Assembly (NCBI GenBank): GCA_014800945.1
Contig: JAAVFD010000031.1
Coordinates: forward strand, 2,093-66,092
DNA: 64,000 nucleotides
Origin: Barnesiella sp.
Lineage (GTDB): Bacteria > Bacteroidota > Bacteroidia > Bacteroidales > Muribaculaceae
Reading direction: 5' to 3'
The notes beneath the pieces were generated by a model. That model had not been told where the DNA came from, did no database searches, and was given only the letters and a program-made list of their open reading frames with translations. Numbering within the stretch: the stretch's first letter is position 1; each line of letters starts with the position of its first letter. Positions 60,237 through 64,000 of this stretch are shown here, piece after piece. The translations under genes and the position numbers were made by a program.

Positions 60237-62245
60237 ACGATACCTTGTTCCTTTTTCCAACGAGCAAAAATTTCGGGTACGAAAAGTGTTTGGTCGTTGA
60301 TGATTTTTTCATCAAAGGTCTCTTGTCGCACAGTTACGTTTCCGTCAGCGTCTGTTTCGCGGACCTCCTGCGTTTTGTGTTCCATAACAAGGTTACCGTC
60401 AGCATCGCGCACATAAATGGTGTTTCCGCGTTTGTCATGGCCGATGTGGTCAATCATTGCCATAAATATTTCGTAGTCTAAAATCTGCCCAGTCCTTTCT
60501 TCGATGTTGATTTCTTCTTCGGTTTTCTTTTCTACGATAAGAACGGAGCATTGCGTTCCATTATGCGGCTGGAACGTGTCAGCGTGAAGGTCGATGCTCG
60601 CCACAATACGAGTTTTGCGCATAAGCCAAATTCGGATAAATTCCAACCCCGGGGAGCTGAAGATGCTGTCAGGAAGTACTACTGCAGCACGTCCACCTGG
60701 GCGCAATAGCTGAACGATGCGCTCTATAAAGATTTGTTCTGGCGGCACGCTGCTACGCAGCTTATCTTTCGACATTACCCATCCTTGACCAGGTATCACA
60801 TTCCAAGTATGAGCAAGGTCAAATTGCTCCAATATACCATGATCGGTAATTGGAATTTTTGAACCGAAAGGAGGGTTAGTTACAATACAATCAAAGATAC
60901 CTATAGTTTTGATCCCCACAATTTCGTGGGGCTTTTTCATAGCTCTCTTAAGGGTTTCCTTGCGATCTTCTGGCCAAAGAATAGGCTTTTCAAGAGTGTT
61001 GAGTTGTATAATGTTGCCGCTTCCATCATTATTCATCACCATATTCATCTTTGTGGCTTTCACTAAGTCAGGATTGATATCGAAACCGAAGAAATTATCA
61101 GCAGCAACCTGTGATATTTTCTTGTCAAATTGACTGCGTACTTCTGCTGGCCAACCTTCTTTGGCGCCATATTCAACGCATAGTTGTTCGGTGAGTGTGG
61201 CCATTACGTAAGTCATGGCAGACACTATGAAACCTCCTGTACCACAACTACTATCAAGGCAGGTTTCACCCTCTTTCGGATTGAGCATAGCAACAGCCAT
61301 GCGCATTACATTTCGAGGTGTAAAGAATTCTCCCCGGTCTCCTCGGAGGTTAGAGCCGACAATTTCTTCATAGGCTTTGCCTTTGAAGTCGATGTCGGTA
61401 TTAAGGAGCGAGTATTTTTGTAACTCTCCTACAATTTGTGTGACTGTACGCGGTTCAAGTTTTATTTCATCATTAGGGTCGAAGATGCTTGAATTCTTTT
61501 TCTTGACTTCATTAAATAATGTGCTAATTCGATTATAAACACTTGCTTGTCCGTCTGGATAATGTCTTTCAGTGGACGTGGTAAAGAACTCAATAGGTTT
61601 GAAAAGTTCGCGTTCATCGTGGATTTTACAAAAAATGATTTTGAGGAACTCAAAAAACGCGGCTTGCTTAGAATGACCCTCGTTGACAGAGATTATATCA
61701 TGGCAGGTGCGAAAAGTGAATAGAAGATTATCATCACTTGCACGGGTAAGGTTAGTGCGTTTGGGACGTTCATTTGCGTTGTTTGTTCCGTCAGCGGAAG
61801 GAATGTCGTTAGCTTCTTCAAATTCGATACCTAAAGGTGTGGATACTTTGCGGAAAACGGTTTTGTGTTTTCCATTAGTCCACATCCCATATTCACAATT
61901 TGAACAAGCGGCCATATAAGATTTAAGTTGTTCAATTCCCTCTTGGCTGTCGGAGGGATTAACAGCTTCTTTCTTGCATTCAATTATGATACGGATTTTG
62001 TGTTGGTCTTTGCAGTCGGATTTAGATGCACCGTTTGGAAATATAACAATGTCGGCTCGTTTCTTTCCGTCGCCCATTTTGACTGGGAATTCAACGGCAA
62101 TTTGAGACTTGGCATATTTGTGTTCAATGACAAGTCGTTTTTCTACCGTTTGACGTACGTATTCCTCCGGCGTTTCCTTTCGGATTGTACCATCTATATA
62201 GTCTCTGACCTTACCGTCAGGAGTTATCAAAATAGTTTCTGCCAT
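60230..62245 (-). CDS. Fused endonuclease (HsdR_N-like) / N6-adenine methyltransferase, type IIB/IIG-like R-M subunit
   Basis: N-terminal TPEEYVRQ...VEFPV...RADIVIF...IIECK...QLKSY...WTNG; GEFFTPR, DSSCGTGGF (motif I), TNPPFG (motif IV). Start ATG 62245. Confidence 0.9.
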   Translation of the reverse strand: MAETILITPDGKVRDYIDGTIRKETPEEYVRQTVEKRLVIEHKYAKSQIAVEFPVKMGDGKKRADIVIFPNGASKSDCKDQHKIRIIIECKKEAVNPSDSQEGIEQLKSYMAACSNCEYGMWTNGKHKTVFRKVSTPLGIEFEEANDIPSADGTNNANERPKRTNLTRASDDNLLFTFRTCHDIISVNEGHSKQAAFFEFLKIIFCKIHDERELFKPIEFFTTSTERHYPDGQASVYNRISTLFNEVKKKNSSIFDPNDEIKLEPRTVTQIVGELQKYSLLNTDIDFKGKAYEEIVGSNLRGDRGEFFTPRNVMRMAVAMLNPKEGETCLDSSCGTGGFIVSAMTYVMATLTEQLCVEYGAKEGWPAEVRSQFDKKISQVAADNFFGFDINPDLVKATKMNMVMNNDGSGNIIQLNTLEKPILWPEDRKETLKRAMKKPHEIVGIKTIGIFDCIVTNPPFGSKIPITDHGILEQFDLAHTWNVIPGQGWVMSKDKLRSSVPPEQIFIERIVQLLRPGGRAAVVLPDSIFSSPGLEFIRIWLMRKTRIVASIDLHADTFQPHNGTQCSVLIVEKKTEEEINIEERTGQILDYEIFMAMIDHIGHDKRGNTIYVRDADGNLVMEHKTQEVRETDADGNVTVRQETFDEKIINDQTLFVPEIFARWKKEQGIVW

Positions 62246-62251
62246 AGTCGC

Positions 62252-62399
62252 AAAAAAAACAGATCCCTGTAGTATCTGAAGGCCGACCAAAGCCTGTAAC
62301 GACTACAAGGGAGTTTTCAAAGTTTTCGGCTCTCGCCGTATGTCTTATTATTCTAACTGGACATTTTCAGATTGTCGTTACTTCGTAAATGCAAAATTA
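62252..62399 (-). promoter_or_regulatory. Promoter and structured, attenuator-like 5' leader of the R-M operon
   Basis: TAATTTTG (62399-62392), GAGA tetraloop hairpin (62327-62338), long stem (62312-62264) and a U8 tract ending 6 nt before the ATG. Confidence 0.55.
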
Positions 62400-62715
62400 C
62401 GAAAAGATGTTGAGGTGGACAATGGTTTATGCTAAAGAACATAATTGAAGAACCGCTGTCAAACAGAAGTGTAGATTCGATAAAGTAAGCCCCCCTATAG
62501 CGCTGTGACGCCTCTCGATGGTGTTGAAGTTTAGTGGAGTTTGGATCCGCTTCTGCGTGGCTTAGCTTTTGGTTCATTTCCGTATCAGAGGAGGGTAGCA
62601 AGCCGAACCTCAATCTTGGTGCTTACAAATATAGTAAATATCCCGCAGCGGTGAGGACTCGTTAAAATAATTCCGTATATTTGAATGAATTTTTGAAAAC
62701 GTTTAACTATATATC

Positions 62716-63738
62716 ATGACACGTATAAACAGATTATTCATCACGGTACTCTCGGTGATGAGTGTATTTTCAGCGGTAAACTCATCGGCTCAGTCACTAA
62801 AATTCAAAAACGACGGGACATTCAAAATTGTCCAGTTCACTGATGTGCATTGGAAACCCGGCAATCCTGCATCACTGGAGGCTGAGAGGTGCATGAATGC
62901 CATTCTGGACGCTGAAAAACCGGATATGGTGGTCTATACCGGTGATCTTGCCTTTGCCGCACCGGCAAGAGAAGCTGTGATTAGGGCGCTTAAACCAACG
63001 GTAGATAGAGGATTGCCCTTTGCTGTTACTTGGGGCAATCATGATGATGAATATGATGCTTCCCGTGAGGAACTTTTCAGTGTAATAGCATCACTGCCGG
63101 GAAATCTCACCGATTCGGTTGCCGGATTGTCCGGCGTGACTAACTGTGTAATACCTCTGCAGGCAAGTAATTCAGACTCAACGGCTAATCTCATATATAT
63201 TATTGACAGTAACGGATACTCAAGTATAGAGTCGGCAAGAGGCTATGCCGGTATTCAGCCGGACCAGATAGACTGGTATCGTAAAAGCAGCAAGACTTGG
63301 ACTGAGGCTAATGATGGGAAACCGTTGCCTGCAATAGCTTTTTTTCATGTGCCGCTCAACGAGGTAAACTTTGCTGCGTCAAATGAAAATTCAATTCTGA
63401 ATGGCACTCGCAGGGAGAGAGCGTGCACTCCATCGGTTAATTCGGGTATGTTCTCGGAAATTTTGCGCTGTGGAGATATCATGGCTACATTTTTCGGTCA
63501 TGACCATATAAATGACTATGCTGTTGCTCATCAGGGAATACTTCTTGCTTACGGAAGATACACCGGCGGTAAAACTGTTTATTGTGATATTCCCGGAGAT
63601 TGCGGTGCCCGTGTCATAATCTTAAAGGAGGGTAAGCGGCAACTTGATTCCTGGATACGACTCGCTGACGGGAGTGTGCTCAACCGGATAAACTTTCCTC
63701 ACGATTTTACACGCTGGAAGGCAATCCCCAATCAATGA
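62716..63738 (+). CDS. Secreted metallophosphoesterase (Dcr2/PAP29-like)
   Basis: FKIVQFTDVH, VYTGD, WGNHD, FFHVP, GHDHIND, GARVI; signal peptide. A -7 box TATATTTG lies at 62676-62683. Confidence 0.88.
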   Translation: MTRINRLFITVLSVMSVFSAVNSSAQSLKFKNDGTFKIVQFTDVHWKPGNPASLEAERCMNAILDAEKPDMVVYTGDLAFAAPAREAVIRALKPTVDRGLPFAVTWGNHDDEYDASREELFSVIASLPGNLTDSVAGLSGVTNCVIPLQASNSDSTANLIYIIDSNGYSSIESARGYAGIQPDQIDWYRKSSKTWTEANDGKPLPAIAFFHVPLNEVNFAASNENSILNGTRRERACTPSVNSGMFSEILRCGDIMATFFGHDHINDYAVAHQGILLAYGRYTGGKTVYCDIPGDCGARVIILKEGKRQLDSWIRLADGSVLNRINFPHDFTRWKAIPNQ

Positions 63739-63873
63739 GGCGATACAGTAAATGCAAGATGTTTTAGGATTTATTATAAGATATTGTTTTCCCCTCAGTT
63801 GTTATAATAGTGAAAGCCGATTGAAACTCGGCTGTTGAATCAGCAATTATACTAACTATAAAACAACATAATT

Positions 63874-64000
63874 ATGGAAAAGCAGAAAAAATCCTATTAC
63901 GTAAACATGATTGAAGCCGATGTTAAAGACAACGGCAAAGTTAAAATGAGTGAGGTTCTTAACTTCAACTTTGGTGGTCATCATGACATCGCTGAAATGG
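63874..64000 (+). CDS. Partial CDS, possibly DUF3861 family (runs off the window edge)
   Basis: MEKQKKSYYVNMIEADVKDNGKVKMSEVLNFNFGGHHDIAEM..., preceded by an A-rich leader. The family guess rests on the F..HDI pattern only. Confidence 0.5.
   Translation, partial: MEKQKKSYYVNMIEADVKDNGKVKMSEVLNFNFGGHHDIAEM

Larger units (their letters stand above)
56409..62642. mobile_element. Putative horizontally acquired defence island (no integrase encoded)
   Basis: R-M genes, a PD-(D/E)xK nuclease and RhuM, all on the minus strand, between rho and a metallophosphoesterase. Internal parts are visibly AT-rich. Flanked by ACAAATAT-NN-TAAATATC at 56409-56426 and 62625-62642. Confidence 0.6.

Noticed and set aside
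58812-62245. Complete or phase-variable type I R-M system
   Set aside because: No HsdR helicase, extra hsdS copies, invertase or inverted repeats; the nuclease domain is fused to the MTase.
62575-62595. Hammerhead ribozyme core (CTGATACGGAAA on the minus strand)
   Set aside because: Does not match CUGANGA...GAAA and there is no room for stem II.
62353-62613. 86-aa minus-strand ORF upstream of the R-M genes as a controller protein
   Set aside because: TTG start, no HTH or other motif, and it runs through the R-M promoter; treated as non-coding.

Overview
A 64-kb chromosomal window from a Bacteroidales bacterium. The TAnnTTTG promoters, T9SS genes and long-IDR Rho support the order; Muribaculaceae-like is my inference. 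Most of it is housekeeping: a TPP-riboswitch-controlled thiamine operon (thiD-thiS-thiE-like-thiE-thiG-thiC-thiH plus a coupled Crp/Fnr gene), a 5'-nucleotidase and a GH3/serine-hydrolase fusion, cysK, a WcaJ-like transferase, DUF349, rpiB, leuACDB with GH125, trpS-ybaK-aroC, the T9SS core porT-porP-K-L-M-N, an acyl-CoA ligase, Wzi-lipocalin-rpoN-PAP2-purE-ispG-ribD, NlpC/P60 and rho. Three accessory modules stand out. (1) An Eco47II-like type II R-M pair whose methyltransferase carries an N-terminal HTH, with a palindrome upstream of its promoter (38.6-40.9 kb). (2) A TPR-TM-LuxR regulator next to a TonB-like beta-barrel, with phased direct repeats between them (49.3-53.2 kb). (3) The best candidate for something new: a ~6.2-kb integrase-free defence island (56.4-62.6 kb). 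It encodes a BcgI-like fused R-M protein and S subunit, an uncharacterised two-domain PD-(D/E)xK nuclease and RhuM. It is bounded by an 18-bp imperfect direct repeat and preceded by an attenuator-like leader RNA and a second structured non-coding element. I saw no tRNA, rRNA, CRISPR array, transposase or integrase. All family assignments come from motif recognition by eye, not database searches.
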